Below, in pieces: positions 1 to 7,164 of a stretch of DNA of 32,000 nt. The DNA lies in NCBI GenBank assembly GCA_964355135.1, contig CAYHCG010000005.1:30320-62319 (forward strand), in the 5' to 3' direction. The notes below the pieces were generated by a model. It had not been told where the DNA came from. It ran no database searches and worked only from the letters and a program-made list of their open reading frames with translations. Numbering within the stretch: the stretch's first letter is position 1; every line of letters starts with the position of its first letter. The DNA is from Candidatus Woesearchaeota archaeon. GTDB lineage: Archaea > Nanobdellota > Nanobdellia > Pacearchaeales > GW2011-AR1. The translations under genes and the position numbers were made by a program.

Positions 1-788
1 TTATCTCCATTTTTAACTGACTTCCATTCATTTCCGCCACCTTCCACTCTATACATCCCTTTTTCCTGTTCAGCGATATTCTTGTCAATGAGTCTTCTTG
101 GCTCTTTCTCAACAACATAGCTATCAGGAGTTATCTGCCCGGATACAATTGCCTCTCCTAAGCCATATCCTCCTTCAATGATCAATTGATTGTAATCCTG
201 CGTTACAGGATGAACTGAAAAAGCAATTCCAGAGATCTCCGACTCGACCATTTTTTGTACAACTACCGCAACAGAGATCTCTGTTCCGTGCAAATTCTTC
301 TCAAACCTATAAAAGATAGCTCTAGGGGTAAATAAGGACGCCCAGCACCTCTTTACATTCTCTAGCAAGGTTTTATCAGTAGTATTTAGAAAAGAATCTA
401 ATTGTCCAGCCCAGGCAGCGCTAGCTGAATCTTCACTCGTTGCGCTTGATCTGACTGCAACATACTTTGAGTTTAGCTTTTTAAAGTATTTTTCAGTTTC
501 AATTGCAATGTCTTTAGGCATTGCAGCATTCAATATCAGAGCCTGTATCTTTTCAGAGGCTTGCTCAACAGTATTGATGTCTTCATGATTCACCTTGTGT
601 AATATAGAATCTATCTCCGCATCCAGGTGCGTTTCGTCAATAAACCTCTCAAAAGCGCCAGATAAGATTACATAACCCGGAGGTACAGGTATTCCTGCCT
701 GCGTCATTTCCCCTAAAGAGGCGCCCTTGCCCCCAGCTATAGCAACATCATGTTTAGTTAAATTTCTGAAAGTCCTTATTAATTCCAT
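1..788 (-). CDS. PEP synthase / pyruvate phosphate dikinase family protein, N-terminal PEP/pyruvate-binding (ATP-grasp) part. The C-terminus runs off the window.
   Basis: My own translation from the ATG at 788: MELIRTFRNLTKHDVAIAGGKGASLGEMTQAGIPVPPGYVI...VAVRSSATSEDSASAAWAGQLDSFLN...GIAFSVHP...IIEGGYGLGEAIVSGQITPD. These are the classic PpsA/PPDK N-terminal motifs. The frame stays open to position 1. Confidence 0.8.
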   Translation of the reverse strand, partial: MELIRTFRNLTKHDVAIAGGKGASLGEMTQAGIPVPPGYVILSGAFERFIDETHLDAEIDSILHKVNHEDINTVEQASEKIQALILNAAMPKDIAIETEKYFKKLNSKYVAVRSSATSEDSASAAWAGQLDSFLNTTDKTLLENVKRCWASLFTPRAIFYRFEKNLHGTEISVAVVVQKMVESEISGIAFSVHPVTQDYNQLIIEGGYGLGEAIVSGQITPDSYVVEKEPRRLIDKNIAEQEKGMYRVEGGGNEWKSVKNGD

Positions 789-848
789 ATTATTGGAAAT
801 GATTTGCCATTCTTAAGTTTTTCTTTACTAGGATAAATTGATAACTAA

Positions 849-1115
849 CTACTTGCCTTTAGCCCATTTCTTCAAAGCAGCATACTCCATTGTACCACAA
901 ACCGCCTTTTTCGAATCTTCATTATAGAAATAGGGGACTCCAGTGCACTTTATTTGAGTGTTGCAGTTATCATAAATCTGTTTATTCTTAGAGTTGTGCC
1001 ATATTTCAATTTTTTCGACTTTTACTTTCTCTTCTTTTTCCAGCTTCTCAATCAATGGAAACATCTCATGGCAATGGACACACTCTGTGCCATAAAACAT
1101 CTGTAGCTTTCCCAT
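849..1115 (-). CDS. Small thioredoxin/glutaredoxin-fold redox protein
   Basis: 88 aa. CVHC (CxxC) lies near the N-terminus after a beta-strand (QMFYGTEC), and a cis-Pro loop motif GVPYFY is present. Confidence 0.7.
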   Translation of the reverse strand: MGKLQMFYGTECVHCHEMFPLIEKLEKEEKVKVEKIEIWHNSKNKQIYDNCNTQIKCTGVPYFYNEDSKKAVCGTMEYAALKKWAKGK

Positions 1116-1146
1116 GGAAATATAAATTCAAGTCAATATTTAAAGC

Positions 1147-1497
1147 TTAGGTAATGAATTTTACCAAAATAATGAGCTCTAAAATAATCCATAATCCGTA
1201 AACAACAACTATGGCCCTGTTTTTATAATAAATTCCATACACAAACCATAGTACTGCAACTAGTAAATAGGCCACCCACACGATCAAAAAGCTTGCGCTG
1301 GCAGAAAGTACCGAGTTTTTCCAGATATGAATTATCGCTAATATGATTCCGACTATCCCAAATAGATAAATAAATTTGCCCAGATCCCCGCGGGCATGTT
1401 GTTTTTTTCTGAGGTTTTCTTCAACTTCTTTGTTTACTCTCTCTCCAATATCAAGACTCCCTCTCTTGTCCATCTCCATCGGCATATTATTTAGCAT
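1147..1497 (-). CDS. Hypothetical membrane protein (about 3 TM helices)
   Basis: Long ORF with hydrophobic segments (FIYLFGIVGIILAIIHIW, FLIVWVAYLLVAVLWFVYGIYY, VVVYGLWIILELIILV). No motif recognised. Confidence 0.5.
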   Translation of the reverse strand: MLNNMPMEMDKRGSLDIGERVNKEVEENLRKKQHARGDLGKFIYLFGIVGIILAIIHIWKNSVLSASASFLIVWVAYLLVAVLWFVYGIYYKNRAIVVVYGLWIILELIILVKFIT

Positions 1498-1834
1498 TTT
1501 TACTCCTATTCTGCTTAACTGAAAAAAACAGTGTTAGAATTACTACCAAGAGAAAAGCTATAACTAAAACGGCTAGAGTCTGACTTTGCAGCGTACCTCC
1601 AGCAGGAGAAAGATAAATTCCAAATGGTTCAATCAAAAGGAAAAAAACTCCAAAAGTATAGGCGAGCAAGGTCATAAAAGGCAAATAGAAAAATCGTGTT
1701 CCCTCTTCCATTCCAGAATTCACAAAACAAAATATATAAACCTTTTTGGAAACATCAAGAATTAAAAATTCTTGAGTGTCCTCAAAATCATAGATTTTGA
1801 CGGCACAAAGAGCTTTGCTTCTTTGTTGGCTCAA
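1487..1834 (-). CDS. Hypothetical membrane protein
   Basis: 115-aa ORF with two C-terminal hydrophobic helices. It overlaps the downstream ORF by 11 nt, consistent with an operon. Confidence 0.45.
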   Translation of the reverse strand: MSQQRSKALCAVKIYDFEDTQEFLILDVSKKVYIFCFVNSGMEEGTRFFYLPFMTLLAYTFGVFFLLIEPFGIYLSPAGGTLQSQTLAVLVIAFLLVVILTLFFSVKQNRSKNAK

Positions 1835-1875
1835 GAACTGCAGTTCTTGACATAGTTAGCCAGCTTTATCTCTGG

Positions 1876-2127
1876 TTAGTTCTTCTCTTTTATAATTTTG
1901 GTGGTCTTAATCATTTTTATTTTAGAACCCAGAGTGTCATGCAGATCTTTTGCTTCTGCAGAGTTCAATTCGATGATTCCAGAACTTCGCTCTCCCATAA
2001 AGCAAATATTAATGCTTTCTCTTTGAGGATTTATCAAGTCTTTCTTTATGATAACTTCTTTGATATGTCCACCAGTCTCCATCCTCACAATTCTTCCGTC
2101 CTTCATCTTCTTTGTTCGTACAATCAT
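1876..2127 (-). CDS. Hypothetical small protein (start moved to an internal ATG)
   Basis: The track ORF is 1876..2205. The ATG at 2127 (MIVRTKKMKDG...) has a TATA-like 'cattataaattg' about 27 nt upstream, as other genes here do. No motif recognised. Confidence 0.4.
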   Translation of the reverse strand: MIVRTKKMKDGRIVRMETGGHIKEVIIKKDLINPQRESINICFMGERSSGIIELNSAEAKDLHDTLGSKIKMIKTTKIIKEKN

Positions 2128-2230
2128 AAAAATAATGTTCTTTTTCAATTTATAATGATTATTGTAGTAATAAAGATGGATTTTTGTTATTACTCCTACG
2201 AACACTTAACAAAAAGTTATCAAAAAGTTA

Positions 2231-2599
2231 TCAAACCCTACTCTTTTTTTGTTCAGTAAGATATTTTTCAAATTCTTGTTCCTGCTTTTGGTAGGCTTCA
2301 AAAACAGCAGACGCAACATCTCTTAGAGGGATGCCCTTGTCTCTAATACCCGGGATCATTAAAGGGCTAAAATTATCTATCATACGTTCAAACTCACCTA
2401 ATCTGCCTGTCCTTTCTGCCAAATCTCCCAAAATTCCTCTTTGTATAATATAACTATGCCACTCATCACCTTCTCCCGACCTTACCCATAATTCATGATC
2501 TTCTGTGCTAACAACTTCATCTCTCTTTCCAGGTTCAGGGCTATGAAGATAAGTTACTTTTATTCTATCGCTTACATATAACGGAGTATTAACATCCAT
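2231..2599 (-). CDS. Hypothetical protein (Arg/Glu/Gly-rich orphan)
   Basis: 122-aa ORF in an AT-rich genome where random ORFs of this length are rare. No motif recognised. Confidence 0.5.
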   Translation of the reverse strand: MDVNTPLYVSDRIKVTYLHSPEPGKRDEVVSTEDHELWVRSGEGDEWHSYIIQRGILGDLAERTGRLGEFERMIDNFSPLMIPGIRDKGIPLRDVASAVFEAYQKQEQEFEKYLTEQKKSRV

Positions 2600-2652
2600 G
2601 AGAATTAACTCTTCTTTCCTTTTTTAAACATTATTATACTGCTGCGTACAAT

Positions 2653-3129
2653 TCAGCAGAAAGTTCCGATTCTATTTCTCTTCTCATACCTATCTTTAAA
2701 GACGGAGAATCTTCCTTCCAATTTTTCTAGAGATTCTCGCACAGTTGTCTGAACATCGCAGTGATAAACTCCCCGAGCATATCTCCTATTTTTTCTATCA
2801 CTTGCTCTTTGTAAGAAAACATACGCCATCCAGGCATCGTCTCCATCTTCTATTTTCCCCAGAGATTCCGCAGCTTCATGCTTGGCTACGATACTGGTAT
2901 CAAATTTTACTGCAGAAATGAGCCTTTCTGCCAAGGGAACTTGTAAATCCGCAATTACAAAGGAGGCTTCATGCCGAGTTACAGCACTGGGATGAAATAG
3001 AAGGATATCTCCCAAGTCTCGCCAAGTTCTGGGATCTGCAAAAGTCTCAGAAGTCACATCTCCACTCCCATATTGAGAGATTTCTGCTAATCTACCCTTG
3101 CCAATATATGACAGACACGTGTGTTTCAT
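2653..3129 (-). CDS. HEAT-repeat protein resembling one lobe of deoxyhypusine hydroxylase (two His-Glu motifs)
   Basis: The blocks 'AVTRHEASFVIADLQ' and 'VAKHEAAESLGKIED' are spaced about 30 aa apart. This parallels the eukaryotic DOHH pattern 'LLKHELAYCLGQ...MVRHEAGEALGAIGD'. The C-terminal 'TVRESLEKLE' resembles DOHH 'VVRESCEVAL'. Confidence 0.5.
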   Translation of the reverse strand: MKHTCLSYIGKGRLAEISQYGSGDVTSETFADPRTWRDLGDILLFHPSAVTRHEASFVIADLQVPLAERLISAVKFDTSIVAKHEAAESLGKIEDGDDAWMAYVFLQRASDRKNRRYARGVYHCDVQTTVRESLEKLEGRFSVFKDRYEKRNRIGTFC

Positions 3130-3137
3130 GTGTAAAA

Positions 3138-3449
3138 CTATAACTCATATCTATCCTCAAGATTTATTTTTAGCTTAGAAAGAATAGGGTTAGAGATATT
3201 CGTTCTCACAGATTCTATCTTTATATCGGGTATGATCTTGGTCAAGTATTTCTCTATCAAAGTAATACTTTCTCCATGTGGAACTGCAAAGCGTACTTTT
3301 TTCTCATTTTTCTCGTGGTTTTCTACTAAGATATTTCTATTATTCTCTAAGCAAAGCTTTCTCAGTCTTCCTCGTAGCTTTACGCTCTGCAAGGGGTTTG
3401 ACACAGAGGTGAGTTCGTAAATATCCCATTTAATAAGTGGAGAGAACAT
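3138..3449 (-). CDS. Hypothetical protein
   Basis: 103-aa ORF, same strand and tightly spaced with 2653..3129. No secure motif. Confidence 0.45.
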   Translation of the reverse strand: MFSPLIKWDIYELTSVSNPLQSVKLRGRLRKLCLENNRNILVENHEKNEKKVRFAVPHGESITLIEKYLTKIIPDIKIESVRTNISNPILSKLKINLEDRYEL

Positions 3450-3494
3450 ACTCTAATAATTAGGCAGAAGTTAATAAAATTATCTAATAATTAA

Positions 3495-3574
3495 CGCCGA
3501 CGGGAGGAATCGAACCTCCATATCGTGAGAAAGTAGTTTTCAAGACTACCGGGCTACCACTGCCCAACATCGGC
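3495..3574 (-). tRNA. tRNA-Ser (anticodon UGA); CCA not encoded
   Basis: Hand-folded cloverleaf: acceptor GCCGATG/CGTCGGC, D arm GGGC-AGTGGTA-GCCC, anticodon arm GTAGT-CTTGAAA-ACTAC (anticodon TGA), a 13-nt variable arm, T arm GGAGG-TTCGATT-CCTCC, discriminator G. Confidence 0.85.
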
Positions 3575-3599
3575 ATTATCAAATCAAATAATAAACGCC

Positions 3600-3607
3600 T
3601 TATAAAG
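3600..3607 (-). promoter_or_regulatory. TATA-box-like element upstream of tRNA-Ser
   Basis: The minus strand reads GCTTTATAAGG, 26-33 nt upstream of the tRNA 5' end. Confidence 0.45.
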
Positions 3608-3671
3608 CTTTAGAATTTTAATAATATAACTTCTCTCAAACTGCGTTACTAACTAAAGATATTGTTTGGTT

Positions 3672-3688
3672 GAAAATAAAAAAATAAT
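3672..3688 (-). terminator. Oligo-T tract after rpl12 (archaeal-type terminator)
   Basis: The minus strand reads T7 (3678..3684) followed by T4, a few nt downstream of the rpl12 stop codon. Confidence 0.4.
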
Positions 3689-3970
3689 TTAACCAAACAA
3701 TGCACTAAGTCCTGCAGCACTCTCTACAGCTTTCTCTTCCTTCTTTTCTTCTTTCTTCTCAGCCTTCGCTTCTGCGGCTGGAGCTGCTGCCATTGTGCTT
3801 GCATTTGCAAGTTCGCTTGCGATATCTACGCCGTGTAAACTTGCGATTAAACTCTTTACTTTTGCGTCATCAACATGTGCGCCTGTAGCATGAATTACTT
3901 TTTTTAAGTTTTCTTCAGTTACTGGTTGGCCAAGCTTGTGCAAAAGCAATGCTCCGTATATATATTCCAT
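3689..3970 (-). CDS. rpl12: Ribosomal stalk protein L12/P1
   Basis: MEYIYGALLLHKLGQPVTEENLKKVI..., an Ala/Glu/Lys-rich hinge and the conserved C-terminal AAGLSALFG. A GGAGG SD precedes the ATG. Confidence 0.95.
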   Translation of the reverse strand: MEYIYGALLLHKLGQPVTEENLKKVIHATGAHVDDAKVKSLIASLHGVDIASELANASTMAAAPAAEAKAEKKEEKKEEKAVESAAGLSALFG

Positions 3971-4789
3971 TTATGCTATTTCCTCCTTACCGTTTTTATC
4001 ATTGAATATTTTCTCTATAGCTTTTTCCTGCATTCCTGCTTTACCAATAAGGAATGAGATAGTTTCTTTGCTAGTATAAGCAATATTAACTGCAAAGCCT
4101 AAAGCTTTGGAGATGCTCATTCTAAGTCCTTCTAAGGTTCCTGGCTTGTCAATGTTTATCTCTGCATAGATTTTATCATCTCCCGCATCATAAGCAGCAA
4201 CAGGGATAAATCCAACTTTCATTGGCATTATTTTTAATTTTCCTAGAACATTAGAAGCTTTATCGCTGATCTTTTCTCCCTTCTTTACAAGAGTCATACT
4301 GTTCTTAATGGCAAGTTTACCGCCTTCAACTGCAACTTTAAGTCCAACAGCTCCTAATTCGGAAATTGCAGGTCCTGGCACCATATCTGTAGGCCCAGGT
4401 TCAATATCAATATCTTCAGGAGCAATATCTCCAGCTTTTGCTTTTGTTGGGGTCTGGCTATCCATCAATATGGAAGCTAATTCAAAAGCATCAATATTAG
4501 AAAACATTAAAGCAACGTCAGAGGTGATCATTTCTTTTATGCCTTGTAATGCGCCTTTCTCTACAGAAGAAATAGCTCTCAGTGTTAGAGATTTCTTAGC
4601 AACAACTATTTCTGCTTTTCCTCTCAAACTTTTCTTCATTGCCTGAAATTGCGAAGAAGGCAATCCTTTTGTAGAAACAATCAGAAGTGTTTTGTTTTTC
4701 TTAACCTTATCTATAATATCTTCAACTACTTTTTTCTTTCCTTCGGGAACACTTTTTATCTTTTTATCTTCTACTTTTTCCTTTTTCAT
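3971..4789 (-). CDS. rplP0: Ribosomal stalk protein P0 (L10), unusually short
   Basis: It lies between rpl1 and rpl12. It has the L10 N-domain pattern (TLLIVSTKGLPSSQFQAMKKSLRGKAEIVVAKKSL) and an archaeal P0 insertion domain. A GAGGT SD is present. At 272 aa it has no L12-like C-terminal tail. Confidence 0.92.
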   Translation of the reverse strand: MKKEKVEDKKIKSVPEGKKKVVEDIIDKVKKNKTLLIVSTKGLPSSQFQAMKKSLRGKAEIVVAKKSLTLRAISSVEKGALQGIKEMITSDVALMFSNIDAFELASILMDSQTPTKAKAGDIAPEDIDIEPGPTDMVPGPAISELGAVGLKVAVEGGKLAIKNSMTLVKKGEKISDKASNVLGKLKIMPMKVGFIPVAAYDAGDDKIYAEINIDKPGTLEGLRMSISKALGFAVNIAYTSKETISFLIGKAGMQEKAIEKIFNDKNGKEEIA

Positions 4790-4790
4790 T

Positions 4791-5405
4791 TTAGACCTCG
4801 ACTTTTATCGGTTTTGTCATGCTGAATTTTATCATAACATTTCTTATGTTATCTCTCTTCTTTGGAAGGGAATTTTCAACAGAAGTGTAAATTGATCTTA
4901 TATTTTCCATGATTTGTTTATCATTCATAGTTTCCTTCCCAACGCCAATCTTTATGCTTGCTTCTTTCAATCTAATTTTTAATGAGGTAGAAATCTTATC
5001 AACGGCCTTTTTTATTTCATCATCAGTTTCCTGAGTTATCATTCCTAGTTGTGGTGAAGGCATTTTTCCTACAGGGCCTAATACTTTTCCAAATGCAGTT
5101 GCAACTTTCGGCATCAGCGGTGCAAAAGCGATAAAGTAATCATATTTACTAACTAATCCCTTAAGGGCTTTCTTTTCTTTATACTTTGCAAATTCTAGTT
5201 CAGTTATAGTATCTATAATTTTAGATTTAGAATTCAAAAAAGCTGCTATTTTTTTATCCTTGCTTTTATGAGGAATATTAACTACAACGTTCAGCTGATC
5301 TCTCTTTAAATCAATGCTTTTTAGATTTATAATTAAGTCTACAGACTGATTAAATTTCCTTTTCTCTGTTTTTCTTAGTTCTATTAATGCTTCTTCTAGT
5401 TTCAT
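4791..5405 (-). CDS. rpl1: Ribosomal protein L1
   Basis: RKFNQSVDLIINLK..., GKVLGPVGKMPSP and position in the conserved rpl11-rpl1-rplP0-rpl12 order. Confidence 0.95.
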   Translation of the reverse strand: MKLEEALIELRKTEKRKFNQSVDLIINLKSIDLKRDQLNVVVNIPHKSKDKKIAAFLNSKSKIIDTITELEFAKYKEKKALKGLVSKYDYFIAFAPLMPKVATAFGKVLGPVGKMPSPQLGMITQETDDEIKKAVDKISTSLKIRLKEASIKIGVGKETMNDKQIMENIRSIYTSVENSLPKKRDNIRNVMIKFSMTKPIKVEV

Positions 5406-5433
5406 TTTTTATCTCTCCGTATTGAAAAATGAA

Positions 5434-5492
5434 GCTCAAAATTTCTTGAATTTTGTTGTTTCATTTTGTGTCTCCTACGTCTTCCCTAGAGC
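5434..5492 (-). promoter_or_regulatory. Candidate L1 autoregulatory leader element (mimic of the 23S rRNA L1 stalk)
   Basis: The minus-strand RNA reads GCUCUAGGGAAGACGUAGGAGACACAAAAUGAAACAA[CAAAAUU-CAAGA-AAUUUUG]AGC. 'GGGAAGACGUAGGAGA' resembles the 23S L1-stalk 'GGGAUGCGUAGGAUA', and 'UGAAACAAC' resembles 'UGAAAUACC'. There is a 7-bp hairpin and a closing GCUC/GAGC helix. The element sits 30-90 nt upstream of the rpl1 ATG. Confidence 0.4.
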
Positions 5493-5605
5493 ATAGAATA
5501 TATCTCTTTGGTACGTAGTCTTTTCGACATTTTACCTATTATTCAGGGGTTTTTAAACCTGACGCTTCCCCATACATTTATTAAAGAAAAGGCAAGCAAA
5601 ATATC

Positions 5606-5964
5606 ATGAGGGAAGAATTAGACGCAATAAAAAGCTGGGCTGGGTTATCAAGATACATTCAAAAAAGTAAAGTTGGACCAACTGAGGCGGATAGTTTCGT
5701 TCGCCTAGTAAAACTTCTTTATATAATTTAAAAGAAAACAGATTTGAATTTTCTACTACTCATCCGCAAATTACAGAACCTCGATTAAGAAGTCTCGAAA
5801 GTAGCATGGGTATTTCCTTTCGACGTGTGGGTCGTAGATACGAGTATGAATCCAAATATTACTGGCAGCCACGAGTCGAAATGGGCATAGGTTTTGATGA
5901 AGCAGTCGTAAAATTAAAAGTTAAAAAAGGAAAAGAGATACATAAGGGCTATATTTCTTCTTAA
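5606..5964 (+). pseudogene. Frameshifted paralog of ORF 6029..6409
   Basis: Frame A (5606..5731) gives MREELDAIKSWAGLSRYIQKSKVGPTEADSFVRLVK then LLYII*. Frame B (to 5964) gives ...SLYNLKENRFEFSTTHPQITEPRLRSLESSMGISFRRVGRRYEYESKYYWQP.... Both align with SWAALTRYV...ASFVRLAKDSRYNWESRRFIF...LPRLKHLAEKVGIMHTRERYEG...YHWD. The switch is at the A4 run 5710..5713. One extra A would restore a 119-aa ORF. Confidence 0.6.
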
Positions 5965-6028
5965 TTTAAAAAAGGAATTTATTCTTTTTTACAATAATTT
6001 ATTTAAACTACAATATAAACGCTTCAAT

Positions 6029-6409
6029 ATGGTAGTATTCAAACCTTCTTTTGCTCCCAATGTTTCTAGCTGGGCTGCTTTAACAAGATATGTAGGGGCT
6101 AGAACAGATAAAGCTACTGCAGCTAGCTTTGTGCGTTTAGCAAAAGATTCTAGATATAATTGGGAATCTAGAAGATTTATCTTTGAGACTTATTACGCGT
6201 ATAATACTTTGCCAAGATTAAAACATTTAGCTGAAAAAGTTGGCATAATGCATACTAGAGAAAGGTACGAAGGTGACGATATCGATGATTTTCAGGCCAC
6301 ATATCATTGGGATATTACTAATAAGTTAGGGGAAGGAATCAAAGAATCAATCCTCGAGTTAAAAGATATCCAGCATGAAAGACTCTTCTCAAATTTGCCT
6401 GAGAGATAG
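6029..6409 (+). CDS. Hypothetical protein (intact member of the tandem paralog pair)
   Basis: 126-aa ORF with a TATA-like 'atttatttaaac' about 29 nt upstream of the ATG. It is paralogous to 5606..5964. Confidence 0.6.
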   Translation: MVVFKPSFAPNVSSWAALTRYVGARTDKATAASFVRLAKDSRYNWESRRFIFETYYAYNTLPRLKHLAEKVGIMHTRERYEGDDIDDFQATYHWDITNKLGEGIKESILELKDIQHERLFSNLPER

Positions 6410-6411
6410 AA

Positions 6412-7164
6412 TTATTTCTTCTTAGCAGGAGCTTTCTTCTCTTCTTTAGCGGCTGGGGCTTTCTTATCTCCGGCGGCTGGAGCAGCAACTTTCTTATCGC
6501 CTTCTTTACCTGCAGCAGGCGCAGCAGCGGCTTCAGCAGTAGCTGCAGTAGTTGCTTCAGCAGTCTTAGCAGCTTCTTCAGCGGCCTTTGCTTCTTCAGC
6601 GGCTTTCTTAGCCTTCTCTTGTTTAGCAATAACTTCTGCAAAGTGTTTCTTGATTTTTTCTTTCTTCTCTGGAGTTGGAGTAGTTATTTCTTCTCTTATC
6701 TCTCTATCATAAACTCCATTTGCAATATCTTTTTCAATGTCTTTTGGTTCTTTATTGTCTACTAGAACTCCCATCGAAACGCAAGTTCCAACAACAAGTC
6801 TTACGGCTCCTCTCAAATCTTTTGATAGTAAACTCGATTGTTTGGTTTTAGCAATTCCTAGAACAGTTTCAAAAGCTAAATTACCAACTTTAGTGGCTAA
6901 AGGAGATCCGCTTCCCTTTTCAGATCCAATTTCTTTCTTTATTAATTCGCCAACAGGTGGAGAGAAAACTTCAATCTTATAAGTTTTAGTTTTTGGATCA
7001 GCATCAACTTCAACAGGGACTTTCATTCCTTTATAGCCTGCTGTTTGTTTATTGACATCTTCAATAACTTTTCCTAGATTTACTCCCATAGGCCCTAATT
7101 GCTGAGCTATTGCTGGACCTGGTTTCATATCTCCGCCGTCGACAATTAGTTTTATTTTGACCAT
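6412..7164 (-). CDS. rpl11: Ribosomal protein L11 with an Ala/Lys/Glu-rich C-terminal extension of about 90 aa
   Basis: The core carries the L11 signature DGGDMKPGPAIAQQLGPMGVNLGKV...KTYKIEVFSPP. The tail reads AKQEKAKKAAEEAKAAEEAAKTAEATTAATAEAAAAPAAGKEGDKKVAAPAAGDKKAPAAKEEKKAPAKKK. Confidence 0.95.
   Translation of the reverse strand: MVKIKLIVDGGDMKPGPAIAQQLGPMGVNLGKVIEDVNKQTAGYKGMKVPVEVDADPKTKTYKIEVFSPPVGELIKKEIGSEKGSGSPLATKVGNLAFETVLGIAKTKQSSLLSKDLRGAVRLVVGTCVSMGVLVDNKEPKDIEKDIANGVYDREIREEITTPTPEKKEKIKKHFAEVIAKQEKAKKAAEEAKAAEEAAKTAEATTAATAEAAAAPAAGKEGDKKVAAPAAGDKKAPAAKEEKKAPAKKK

Noticed and set aside
3138-3449. Acylphosphatase-like assignment for the 103-aa ORF
   Set aside because: The characteristic VxGxVQGVxFR motif is absent (the sequence is LRGRLRKLC). 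The resemblance is only in length and rough beta-alpha-beta layout.
4308-4646. 112-aa plus-strand ORF antisense to rplP0. Similar shadow ORFs include 1939..2259, 3232..3420, 4692..4895, 6737..6982, 7196..7567, 9827..10012, 10111..10395, 10430..10675, 14660..14851, 14888..15196, 15955..16137, 16226..16601, 17578..17829, 19911..20126, 24265..24462 and 27253..27456.
   Set aside because: Each lies fully inside, and antisense or out of frame to, a gene with strong motif support. Their products are low-complexity Ser/Leu/Phe-rich, typical of shadow ORFs.
5700-5735. Programmed -1 ribosomal frameshift in the 5606..5964 gene
   Set aside because: There is no canonical X XXY YYZ heptamer or obvious downstream pseudoknot. 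A simple 1-nt indel in a short A-run is the more parsimonious explanation.
6339-6641. 100-aa minus-strand ORF rich in L/K/R/P repeats
   Set aside because: It is an alternative frame of the repetitive GCN/AAG-rich DNA that encodes the L11 C-terminal tail. It has no independent start context.
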